Shown here: positions 17,173 through 28,300 of the stretch, piece after piece
Layout: each line of letters starts with the position of its first letter
How positions within the stretch are numbered: position 1 is the stretch's first letter
NCBI GenBank assembly: GCA_041478145.1
Contig: JBGOVO010000002.1
Coordinates: forward strand, 1-42,229
Direction of reading: 5' to 3'
Source of the DNA: Candidatus Methylomirabilia bacterium
Lineage (GTDB): Bacteria; Methylomirabilota; Methylomirabilia; Rokubacteriales; CSP1-6
DNA: 42,229 nt
The notes under the pieces: model-generated
Told to the model about the DNA's origin: nothing
Seen by the model: only the letters and a program-made list of their open reading frames with translations
Database searches by the model: none
Made by a program: the position numbers and the translations under genes

Positions 17173-17333
17173 GGCGGCGAGAGCCGCCCGTTACCACTAT
17201 CTCTCGTGACAAGTCGGCGGCGAGAGCCGCCCGTTACCACTATCTCTCGTGACAAGTCGGCGGCGAGAGCCGCCCGTTACCGTTCTCTCTCGTGACCAGT
17301 CAGGCGGCAAGCCGGGCGGCGAGAGCCGCCCGT
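17173..17333. repeat. 43-bp tandem repeat, 3 full units plus one partial, each starting with the hairpin GGCGGC-GAGA-GCCGCC
   Basis: Units at 17173-17215 and 17216-17258 are identical. The unit at 17259-17301 differs at 4 positions. A 13-nt linker follows, then a partial unit at 17315-17333. The array fills the gap between the convergent sppA and kinase stops. Confidence 0.9.
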
Positions 17334-17337
17334 GCGG

Positions 17338-19826
<2,489 letters not shown>

Positions 19827-19830
<4 letters not shown>

Positions 19831-22307
19831 GCGTGCCTCCGCCACCGGTCGAGCTCGTCCTTGACGACGCCGTCGCGGCAATCCGGACAGATGCTGTGGC
19901 TGAACTGGGCGTGCGAGTGCTCGGCGACGTAGCTCTCGATCTGCTCCCAGTAGTTCTCGTCGTTCCGCACCTTCCTGCAGTACGAGCAGATCGGGAGCAG
20001 GCCCCGCAGGGCTTTCACCTCCCCGAGCGCCTGCTCGGCGGCCCGGCGGGCGGCGCCCTGCGCCTCGAACAGCGAGGCGTTGCGGATGGCGACCGCCGCC
20101 TGGTCCACGAAGGCGTCCAGCAGCCGCTCGTCCTCGCCGTCGAGGCGGAACGGCTCCCGGCCATTCAGCGCGAGGATCCCGAGCAGGACGCCGTCCAGCA
20201 TGACCGGCAGTCCGAGGAAGCTCTTGAGCCCATGGCTGCGCCACCAGTCGAGCGCCACGAAGCGGCCGGCGCTGTATACGTCCGGCACGTTGACGTTACG
20301 CCCGTAGCGGGCCACCCAGCCGAGCACGCCCACGTCGAAGGGCAGGCTCGGCACCGGCCAGTCCGCCTCCAGCGTCCGGTCGGAGAACCCCACCAGCCGC
20401 AGCGTCCGCGAGTCCTGGCTGGCGACCCAGAAGCAGGCCGCGGTCGTTCCCGCGAGCTGGGCCGCCGCCATCGTGATCTCGTGGAGCACGTGGTCGAGGT
20501 CGAGGCTGCTCGAGACCAGCCGGTTGAGCCGGGTCACGGTGTGCAGCCGCTGGATCCTGGCCTGGCCCGCCGCGTAGAGGCGGGCGTGGATGATGGCGAT
20601 GGCGGCCTGGTCCACGAAACTCTGCAGGAGCGTGTCGTGCTCGGGGCTGCCGACGAACGGCGCGTTGGAGGCGATGGCCAGGACACCGATCGCGGTGTCG
20701 CCGTGCAGGATGGGCACCGCCACCCCGCTCCGCAGGCCGTGGTCCCGGAACCAGCCCGCCGCGCGCGTCCGCGGATCGGCGTCCAGGTCCGGCACGTGAA
20801 TGGTCCGCCGGGTGCGGATCGCCGCGCCCACGACGCCCTCGTCGAAGCGCATGACCCGCACCGGGTAGTCGTCCCAGAGCGCGGGATGCGAGAGGGCGCG
20901 GGCCGATAGCGTCTCGCGGGCCTCGTCGGCGGTGAACACCATCACGAGGTCCGCGTTCATCAGGCGGGCCGCCGCGCGGGCGATCTCGTCGAGGATCCGA
21001 TCGAGGTCCAGCGAGTTCGTGATCAGCCGGTTCAGCGCGGCCAGCGTGTCCGTCCGGTGGAGACGCTCTTGCAGATCGTCGCGCAGACGCATGTGCTCCA
21101 GGGTGAGGGCCACCCGGTCCGCGAAGGATGCCAGGTACGAGATCTCCTCCGGACTGTAGCGACGCGGCGCCTCGGTATTGAGGGTCAGAACGCCGAGGAG
21201 CCGGCCTCCGGCCTTGATCGGCAGACCCAGGTAGCTGACGATGCCGGCCGCCCGATCGCGCTCGGCCAGGAAGTTCCGGGGATCGTTCTGGCAATCCGCG
21301 GAGAACAGGACCTCACCCGTGGTCGCCACCGTTCCCGAGTAGCTACCGTTGAGCGGAAGCTCGACACCCACCGGCACCACGCCATCGGCCACCGCGGCAA
21401 CCCGGAGCACCTGGCGCGCCTCGTCCAAGAGCAGGACCTTGACGTAGGTGGTGCCCGCGAACCGGGAGGCCTCGGTCACGATCTGACCCAGCATGGAGGG
21501 CAAGTCCATCTCGGTCATGACCGCCCGCTCGGCCCTCAGCAGGGCGGCCATCGCTTCCTGGCGGGCCTCGATGGCGCGCGTCTGGGCCGATACCGCGCTC
21601 TCGAGGTCAGCGGATAGCCGGGTGAAGCGCGCGACCAGGAGGTAGTGCAGCCCGACCGCGACGGCGACGAAGGCGTAGTCGAACAACCGGACGCTCTCGA
21701 TGACGTGGGCGGCGTGGAGCACATCGTTGACCGCGCACGCGACATAGACCGCGAAGCTGACCAGGACCGCGCGGCGCACCCCCGGCGCGAGCGAGCGGCT
21801 CTGCCACACCGTGAAGACGCAGTACGCGAACACCGCGAACAGGCAGGGCACGAGCGCGGTCATGAGAGGCCCCGGTTCGTGCGTCCAGTACCGGCCCCCC
21901 AGTCGATCGGTCCTGAGGTACACCGCGCCCGTAATGATGATGTTGTCGCCGAGCCACACGAGGGCGAGGAGGGCCAGGTCCGCGCCCGCGACACCGGCCA
22001 GCAGCGCCCGCGGAAGAGGCTTGCCGGCGAGGGCGTGGCTCAGGCCGATCATCACCACGATCAGGAGCAGCGAGCTCATCCAGGCCAGCCGGCCGCCCAG
22101 TCCGGCCCACTCGGGGCGATCCACCATCGTTTGCAGATAGTGACTCGCCAGGACCAGCAGGGTGTTGGCGCACCAGGCGACCACCCAGGGATGGAGCGGC
22201 TCACGCCGCCGCCCGAGCCAGAGGAAGAGCTGCTGCACGCCCACGGACGCGACGACTCCCATCAGGAGCAGCAGCGGCGTGGCCGAGCTCGGGGTGAAGG
22301 AGGCCAT
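19827..22307 (-). CDS. Membrane sensor: N-terminal multi-TM (about 7 TM) region, three GAF domains, C-terminal four-Cys module; no recognised output domain
   Basis: 826 aa. Hydrophobic segments span roughly the first 230 aa. There are three GAF-like repeats, each ending in ...G(V/I)L(T/A)(L/I)...(e.g. LGVLTLN, IGVLAIAS, LGILALNG). The C-terminus is LLPICSYCRKVRNDENYWEQIESYVAEHSHAQFSHSICPDC. Confidence 0.85.
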
Positions 22308-22334
22308 GGCGGTGGGCGGCGAGGTCGTCCGCGC

Positions 22335-22706
22335 CTAGCGCCGGAACTCCCGTGCCGAGATGCCGTAGCGCTTCATCTTCCCGTGCAGCGTGGTGTAGTT
22401 GGTGCGCAGCAGCCGCGCCGCCTGGCTCTTGTTGCCCTGCGTGGCGATGAGCGCGCGGCGGATGGCCTCGCCTTCAGCGTGGGCCACCGCGCCGTCCACG
22501 ATCTGACGCAGCGAGAAGGCTCCGACGGTCATGCGCGCGGGAGCTGCGACCGGAGCGGCGGGACCGTGGCGATCGGCCGCGGAGGCGACCGGCCGGAGCG
22601 CCGGGAACGCGTGGCCACGGACTGGGAGCAGCGCCTCGGCGGACGGCGCCAGCCGCTCCGGATTCCGACTCGTGATCCGGGGTGAGACGGCTTCGAGAGT
22701 GCTCAT
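22335..22706 (-). CDS. Stand-alone Fis-type HTH_8 DNA-binding protein (truncated paralog of the adjacent NtrC-like activator)
   Basis: 123 aa. The C-terminus GNKSQAARLLRTNYTTLHGKMKRYGISAREF is nearly identical to the activator C-terminus GNKSQAARLLRTDYTTLHAKMKRYGISARDF. It has its own GGAGGG RBS and a sigma-54 promoter upstream. Confidence 0.75.
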   Translation of the reverse strand: MSTLEAVSPRITSRNPERLAPSAEALLPVRGHAFPALRPVASAADRHGPAAPVAAPARMTVGAFSLRQIVDGAVAHAEGEAIRRALIATQGNKSQAARLLRTNYTTLHGKMKRYGISAREFRR

Positions 22707-22758
22707 GTATTCCCTCCTCGTGGGGGCTCGGCCAATGCGGCCGCCCTCTCATCCTGGG

Positions 22759-22773
22759 GCAAGGCTGGTGCCA
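22759..22773 (-). promoter_or_regulatory. Sigma-54 (-24/-12) promoter TGGCAC-CAGCC-TTGC
   Basis: The plus strand reads GCAAGGCTGGTGCCA, so the minus strand reads TGGCACCAGCCTTGC. This is a perfect consensus with correct spacing. It lies about 50 nt upstream of the ATG at 22706. Confidence 0.7.
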
Positions 22774-22910
22774 GGCGGCGGCGGCGGACGCTCATCACCC
22801 ATCCGGAGCATCCGGTGAACTACTTCAAATACTTGGCGGCCGCCTTCCGGGCGGGCGGGTGACGCGGGAGAGACGAGGGCGAGGCGGGTGACAGCGCGGC
22901 GGCCCCAGAA

Positions 22911-22930
22911 CTATGGCGGCGACGCCATAG
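22911..22930. promoter_or_regulatory. Candidate enhancer (UAS) palindrome CTATGGCG-N4-CGCCATAG
   Basis: Perfect 8-bp inverted arms lie about 140-170 bp upstream of the -24 element on the minus strand. The site is just 3' of the activator gene's stop. Confidence 0.4.
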
Positions 22931-22951
22931 GAAGACCGCGAGGGCGCCGGA

Positions 22952-24346
22952 TCAGCGCGGAGCGAAATCCCGGGCGGAGATGCCGTAGCGCTTCATCTTG
23001 GCGTGAAGCGTCGTGTAGTCGGTACGCAGGAGACGGGCCGCCTGGCTCTTGTTGCCCTTGGTGGCCTCCAGCGCGCGGCAGATCACCTCGCGCTCCGCCT
23101 GCACGGTTGCCAGCTCCGCCACTTCGCGAAGCGAGAGGTCCTCCCCGCCCGGCTCGGCGGCGGCGGCGCGCGACGGGACGGAGAGCGACGCGTTCAGGGC
23201 CGGGAGGTGCTCCGCGGTCACCACGTCCGACGCCAGGAGGGCCGCCTTGCGGATCACGTTCTTCAGCTCGCGGACGTTGCCGGGCCAGTCGTGACGGAGC
23301 AGCGCGCCCATGGCGTCGTCGGCGATCCGCCGCACCGAGCGGCGCAGCTCCATGCTCACTTCGTCGAGGAAGCGCTGCGCGAGATGGGTGATGTCCTCGC
23401 GCCGGCTCCGGAGCGGCGGCAGCGTGATCGAGAACTCGCTGAGCCGGTAGTAGAGATCGGCGCGGAAGCGGCCGGCCTTCACCCCTTCCTCGAGCTCCGC
23501 GTTGGTGGCGGCGATGATGCGCGCGTCCACCGCCACCGCGCGGGCGGCGCCGAGCGGGTGCACCTCCCGCTGCTCGAGCACTCGCAACAGCTTGGCCTGC
23601 GTGGCCAGCGGCACGTTGCCGATCTCGTCCAGGAATAGCGTGCCACCTCGGGCGAGCTGGAAGTGTCCTTCGCGGCGGCTCTGCGCGCCCGTGAAGGCCC
23701 CGCGCTCGTGCCCGAACAGCTCGGACTCCACGAGGGTCTCGGGGATGGCGCCGCAATCCACCGCCACGAACGGAGCCTTCTGTCTCGGGCTCTGTTGGTG
23801 AATGGCGCGCGCCACCAGCTCCTTGCCCGTTCCCGTCTCCCCCTGGACCAGGACGGTGAAGTTGGACTCGGCCACCTGGGCCACCTGCTGGATCACCTGG
23901 CCGATCGCGGCGCTTCCCCCCATGCGCTCGGCCAGCGAGCTGCCCTGCCCCTGCCGCTTCAGCTCCTCGATGCGGGACCGGAGCTGATTTCGCTCCACCG
24001 CCCGCTGCAGGGTGAGGACCAGCAGCTCCACGTCGAAGGGCTTGGTCAGGAAATCGTAGGCGCCGAGCTTCATGGCCCGCACCGCGGTGGCGAGGTCGGC
24101 GTGGGCGGTGCAGATGATCACCGGGACGTCTCCGTCCAGCCGCTTGATCTCGGGCAGCGCGTCCATGCCGCTCATGCGCGGCATGCTGAGGTCGAGGAGG
24201 ATCACCGCGGGCCGCTCGCGTTGCACCTGCTGCAGGGCGGCGGCTCCGTCTTCGGCCGCCACGACCTCGAATCCCTTGCTCTGGAGGACGGCACCGAGGA
24301 GGGACCGGATCTCGGCCTCGTCGTCGACCACCAGGATCTTCGTCAC
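22952..24346 (-). CDS. Sigma-54-dependent response regulator (NtrC family: REC - AAA+ - HTH_8)
   Basis: REC domain (ILVVDDE...ILLDLSMP), Walker A GETGTGKE, an intact GAFTGA loop, and a C-terminal HTH_8. GTG start. Confidence 0.95.
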   Translation of the reverse strand: MTKILVVDDEAEIRSLLGAVLQSKGFEVVAAEDGAAALQQVQRERPAVILLDLSMPRMSGMDALPEIKRLDGDVPVIICTAHADLATAVRAMKLGAYDFLTKPFDVELLVLTLQRAVERNQLRSRIEELKRQGQGSSLAERMGGSAAIGQVIQQVAQVAESNFTVLVQGETGTGKELVARAIHQQSPRQKAPFVAVDCGAIPETLVESELFGHERGAFTGAQSRREGHFQLARGGTLFLDEIGNVPLATQAKLLRVLEQREVHPLGAARAVAVDARIIAATNAELEEGVKAGRFRADLYYRLSEFSITLPPLRSRREDITHLAQRFLDEVSMELRRSVRRIADDAMGALLRHDWPGNVRELKNVIRKAALLASDVVTAEHLPALNASLSVPSRAAAAEPGGEDLSLREVAELATVQAEREVICRALEATKGNKSQAARLLRTDYTTLHAKMKRYGISARDFAPR

Positions 24347-24350
24347 CAGG

Positions 24351-25193
24351 TCATCCCGTCGCCCGCAGCTGGTAGATGGCGATGTGACGGATCGCCGCGA
24401 TCGGACGCGCGCCCCCCGCCACCAGCAGCAGATCCAGCTCCACGAACTCGTGCCCCTTGCCCTGGAAGAGGTTCTTCACCTTGACGCGGGTTTCCAGCCG
24501 CTCGCCCACCCGGGGCACACTCAGATGCTGGCCGTGGCTCTCCACGTGGATCCACGGACTGACCCGCACGTTGCGGTCGAGCGATCGGTTCGCCTGGTCG
24601 AGGTAGAGCCCGGGATGCGCCGGCGCGTCGGCGTCGCGATACATCGTCAGCGTGTCGCCGACCTTGACCAGGAAGGCGTCCACCACCGACCGTTCCAGGG
24701 CGAGCTCGGGGGTGCCGAGCACCGTGCGGCTCGCGAGGAAGGCGCGGCTCGCGAGGGGGCGGTCCGCGGGCAGCGGAGCCGCCGGGTAGGCCGCCACGTC
24801 GGGCAGCGGCAACAGGGGACCGAGCGGGAGCCCCATCGTCGCGGTCGCGCAGACGTCGTCCTCGTCGTTCACCGCGCGGGCCTGGATGGTGACCTCGTCC
24901 TTCGAATGCGCCGCGACGCTCGCGCGCACCGTGACCGGCTGGCCGAAGTAGACGGGCTTGGCGAAGCGCACCGAGAAGGTGCCGTGGTCCAGCCACGCCC
25001 ATCCGAGCGCCGCCACCACCGGCCGCGTCATCCACGAATAGACGGTCACCCCGGGAACCAACCCGCCCCGGAACCCGAACTCCCGGGCCAGTCCGTCTTC
25101 GTGGATCTTGTTCTCCCAGGCATCCTGCGTCGCGGTGGCGCTGACCCGATACTCGGGGAGCGCGGTTCCCACCACCAGGGCCTCGAGGCTCAT
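24351..25193 (-). CDS. Double hotdog-fold protein (MaoC-dehydratase-like halves)
   Basis: I take the internal ATG at 25193, which overlaps the upstream stop (ATGA). The 280-aa protein has two halves, each with a hotdog-like pattern (VYFGQPVTVRASV...; VGERLETRVKVKNLFQGKGHEFVELDLLL). The assignment comes from the pattern only. Confidence 0.55.
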   Translation of the reverse strand: MSLEALVVGTALPEYRVSATATQDAWENKIHEDGLAREFGFRGGLVPGVTVYSWMTRPVVAALGWAWLDHGTFSVRFAKPVYFGQPVTVRASVAAHSKDEVTIQARAVNDEDDVCATATMGLPLGPLLPLPDVAAYPAAPLPADRPLASRAFLASRTVLGTPELALERSVVDAFLVKVGDTLTMYRDADAPAHPGLYLDQANRSLDRNVRVSPWIHVESHGQHLSVPRVGERLETRVKVKNLFQGKGHEFVELDLLLVAGGARPIAAIRHIAIYQLRATG

Positions 25194-25873
25194 GGCTCGA
25201 TCTTCTTGCCGCCGTAGCCTCCGGCGACGTCCTGGTCCGCGTTCCATCTGACCCAGGTCGCCTCGAGCGCGTCGACGGTCAGCTTGCCGGGTGGTCCGGG
25301 CATCCCGGCCGCGGGCACGAGCACCTCCTGCGGACCCGTCAAGGCTCGCTCCCACTGCCGATCCGGCCCGGCGCACACCGCGGCCCCGTGATGGACCTGC
25401 ACGAGGAGGGAGCCGTCCGGGTTTCGCCTCAGACCGACCCCGCTGCCGCGGACGGTGACGACGGCGGGACCCGCGCGCACCTCGACGTGAGTCGTCGCGG
25501 GGCTGCCGGGCATCACCGCGATCCAGAGCCAGCCGTTATCCAGTCTGACGCGGGTCGGCCCGGGCGCGGCGCCGCTCTCGGCCGCGAGCAGCGCGAGTTG
25601 AGAGCGCGAGCCCAGCCGTAAGACCTGACCGCTGGCGGTCCGGAGCGTGACTCGCCCCCCGACCTGAGTCCGCACGCTGTCGCCTTCACTCAGCTCGGCT
25701 CGGAGCGCCGCGGATGCCCAGGCCGGCGTGTCCTTCTTGTGCAGCTCGGCGGTCCCGCCGAGCGTGACGATCTTGGCTGGCAGCTCATTCGGCTGAGCCC
25801 ACCCCGGAGGGCTGGAAAGGCCGGCGAGGAAGGCGGCCCCAGCCAGCACGGCCGCTCGCGCGATCTTGGGCAC
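25190..25873 (-). CDS. Secreted FecR-domain protein
   Basis: GTG start at 25873, 7 nt after GGAGG. The signal peptide is VPKIARAAVLAGAAFLAGLSSPPGWA/QP. The FecR-like beta pattern is LSEGDSVRTQVGGRVTLRTASGQVLRLGSRSQLAL. Confidence 0.65.
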   Translation of the reverse strand: MPKIARAAVLAGAAFLAGLSSPPGWAQPNELPAKIVTLGGTAELHKKDTPAWASAALRAELSEGDSVRTQVGGRVTLRTASGQVLRLGSRSQLALLAAESGAAPGPTRVRLDNGWLWIAVMPGSPATTHVEVRAGPAVVTVRGSGVGLRRNPDGSLLVQVHHGAAVCAGPDRQWERALTGPQEVLVPAAGMPGPPGKLTVDALEATWVRWNADQDVAGGYGGKKIEP

Positions 25874-26139
25874 GTTCAGACCTCCGTGGACCTCGGGTGA
25901 TGTCCGGGACAGCGTAGCACGGGGAGCCGCGGATACTTCGCAAACGCCGGATCTCGCGCGGAGAGCGCGCAGAGCCAGAACGCCGAGCCGCGTCCGGACA
26001 CGATGCGTCGCGCGTGCGCGCACGTGGCGCAGAGGCCGGCGGAGGCAAACCGCTTGGGTGGCAGGCAGTGCCCTCGTCTTTCATATTCGCTCGGCTCGCC
26101 TCCGGCTTCACCTCGCCAAGCCACTGCACCAGGTCAACC

Positions 26140-26922
26140 CTAGTGGCCGGTCCAGCGCGGGGGGCGTTTCTCGAAGAAGGCGGCGATGCCCTCGCGCGCG
26201 TCGTCGGAGAGGGCGACCAGCGTGATCAGCTCGCGGAGGTAGCGCAGGGCGGCGCCGTATTCCATGTCGGATACGGTGGCCGCCGCCTCCTTGGCCAATC
26301 CGAGCGCGGTCGGAGAATAGCCCGCCAGGGTTTGGGCCAGCCCGCTCGCCGCCGTCTCCAGCTCGGCGCGCGGCACGATCCGGCTCACCAATCCCATCTC
26401 GTAGGCCTCACGGGCGGACACCGGCTCGCCGCTCAGGATCATCAAGAGACCTCGCTTGCGGCCCACCGCGCGGAGGATCGGCGCCATCACGATCAGCGGG
26501 AGCAGACCGACCTTGATCTCGGGCAGTCCGAAGACCGCATCGTCCGCCGCCACCACGATGTCGCAGCCGGCGGCGAGCCCGCAGCCGCCCGCCAGCGCGT
26601 AGCCGTGTACTTGAGCGATCACGGGGGTCCGCATTCCCGCCAGGTACTCCAGGATCCGAGCCAGTCCGCTGAAGGATTCGCGCGCCTGCAGCGTCGTCCC
26701 GCGGTCGCCCACGCCCTTGAGATCGGCGCCCGCGCAGAAGGCCCGGTCCCCCGCCCCGCGCAGGATGATGGCCCGGACGGCCGGGTCGTCCTCGAGCCGG
26801 CGCAGGGCCGCGTCCAGCTCGCGCAGCACGCTCTCGTTGAGCGCGTTCCGCACCTCGGGCCGGTTCAGGGTGACGCGCGCCACTCCCTCGGCCACCTCCA
26901 CCAGCACGGTCTGCGCGCTCAC
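26140..26922 (-). CDS. Enoyl-CoA hydratase/isomerase (crotonase family)
   Basis: GTG start at 26922 overlapping the NUDIX stop (GTGA), with a GGAGG RBS. Contains VTLNRPEVRNALN, GAGDRAFCAGADLK and VHGYALAGGCGLAAGCD. Confidence 0.85.
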   Translation of the reverse strand: MSAQTVLVEVAEGVARVTLNRPEVRNALNESVLRELDAALRRLEDDPAVRAIILRGAGDRAFCAGADLKGVGDRGTTLQARESFSGLARILEYLAGMRTPVIAQVHGYALAGGCGLAAGCDIVVAADDAVFGLPEIKVGLLPLIVMAPILRAVGRKRGLLMILSGEPVSAREAYEMGLVSRIVPRAELETAASGLAQTLAGYSPTALGLAKEAAATVSDMEYGAALRYLRELITLVALSDDAREGIAAFFEKRPPRWTGH

Positions 26923-27506
26923 CGCCCCGCCTCCGGCCCGTCCAGCAGCTCGAGGAACTGCATCAGGATGCGCGCGGTCGCGCCCCAGACGACGTCGTCG
27001 GGCGAGACCTGGTAGAAGTGTACCGGGTGCGACTCGCCGTTGCGCTCCCACATCTCGGTGTGGAAGATGCGCGGATCGCGCAACGTGACCAGGGGGACTT
27101 CCAGCACGCGCTCGATCTCCCGGCCGTCCGGCTTGAACTCCACGCGTGCTCGCACGATGCCGACGACCGGGGTGATGATGAAGTTCGTGGCCCGCGTCTC
27201 CGTGTCGTCCAGCAGCCCCAGCACCTCCACCGCCTCCGCGGGCAGCCGGATCTCCTCCCAGGCCTCCCGGAGCGCGGTCTCCACCCGGGAGCCATCGCGC
27301 ACCTCGACGGTGCCGCCGGGGAAGGAGAACTGGCCCTTGTGATGGGGCACGCTCCCGGTCTTCTTCGTGAACAGGACGTGGGGGCCGTCGCGGTCGGTGA
27401 CGGGCACCAGCACGGCCGCCGACACCAGATCGCTCCGGTCCAGCGCCCGGCGCGGCCGCCGGCTCAGCGCCGCGTCCAGACGGCGCCGCAGCGCTTCGAG
27501 GTCCAT
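26919..27506 (-). CDS. NUDIX hydrolase, CoA pyrophosphatase type
   Basis: The CoA-type motif LFTKKTGSVPHHKGQFSFPGG is followed by the Nudix box ETALREAWEEI. Confidence 0.85.
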   Translation of the reverse strand: MDLEALRRRLDAALSRRPRRALDRSDLVSAAVLVPVTDRDGPHVLFTKKTGSVPHHKGQFSFPGGTVEVRDGSRVETALREAWEEIRLPAEAVEVLGLLDDTETRATNFIITPVVGIVRARVEFKPDGREIERVLEVPLVTLRDPRIFHTEMWERNGESHPVHFYQVSPDDVVWGATARILMQFLELLDGPEAGR

Positions 27507-27516
27507 CAGGCCGCGC

Positions 27517-28284
27517 TCACACGAAGCGACAGGCCACCGACCCCAGTCGGGTGAAGGAGGCGCGCACGGACTGGCCCGACCTGGGCCGGAGCACCTTGGA
27601 GATGGAGCCGGTGAGGACGAGGTCGCCGGCCCGCAGTGCCCGGCCCATCGCGCCGAGGCGGTTGGCCGCCCACGCGAGCGAGACGAGCGGATTGCCCAGC
27701 ACCTCCGCCGCGGTCTGGGTGGCGACGATCTGCCCGTCCTGCTCGAAGACCACGCCTTCCAGTGCCAGATCGATGCCGGCCACCGCGCTGACCGGCCGGC
27801 CGAGCACGATGGCGTTGGCGTAGACCCCGTCCGCGATCACGTCGGTGCCCCGCGGCGTGCCACTGAGCCGGAAGTCGATCAGCTCGAACGAGGGCATCGC
27901 GCCCTCCACCGCCAGCAGCGCGGACGCCGTGGTCACCCCGGGACCCGCCAGGTCGGACCTCAGCAGGAACGCCACCTCGACCTCGACACCGACCGCGACG
28001 AAGCGGGAGATGGGCACCGCGTCGCCGCTGCCGAACACCCCCGAGCCGAGCATGAAGCCCAGCACGGGCTCGGTCACGCCGTGCCGCTCCTGGAGCGCGG
28101 CGTTGGTGAAGCCCACCTTCCAGCCGACCACGCGCTCGCCCCGCCCGATCAGCGCCTGCTCGAGCTGCCGCTGAAGCCCGTAGGCCTGCTCGAGCGTCAG
28201 ATCCGGGGAGGATTCACTGAGAGGACTCGCGGTCTCGCGACCCAGTCGTCCGTTGAGGAGGTGCTCGACGAGGGGAGCATTCAC
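27517..28284 (-). CDS. FAH-family hydratase/decarboxylase (2-keto-4-pentenoate hydratase-like)
   Basis: 255 aa with GWKVGFTN, AVEGAMPSFELID and GDLVLTGS. Confidence 0.75.
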   Translation of the reverse strand: MNAPLVEHLLNGRLGRETASPLSESSPDLTLEQAYGLQRQLEQALIGRGERVVGWKVGFTNAALQERHGVTEPVLGFMLGSGVFGSGDAVPISRFVAVGVEVEVAFLLRSDLAGPGVTTASALLAVEGAMPSFELIDFRLSGTPRGTDVIADGVYANAIVLGRPVSAVAGIDLALEGVVFEQDGQIVATQTAAEVLGNPLVSLAWAANRLGAMGRALRAGDLVLTGSISKVLRPRSGQSVRASFTRLGSVACRFV

Positions 28285-28300
28285 GGAGCGGGCTCGGCGG

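Noticed and set aside
17173-17333. Possible CRISPR array (regularly spaced hairpin repeats).
   Set aside because: The inter-hairpin segments are themselves repeated (identical or near-identical), so there are no unique spacers. The period is 43 bp, there are only 3-4 copies, and no cas genes are present.
26013-26024. Perfect 12-bp palindrome CGTGCGCGCACG.
   Set aside because: It consists almost entirely of alternating CG, which is expected to occur by chance in DNA this GC-rich. It has no positional relation to a promoter that I could identify.
26059-26073. Sigma-54-like GGGCAC-TGCCT-GCCA on the minus strand upstream of the FecR gene.
   Set aside because: The GC dinucleotide sits 2 nt too close to the GG. 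The spacing is wrong for a functional -24/-12 promoter.
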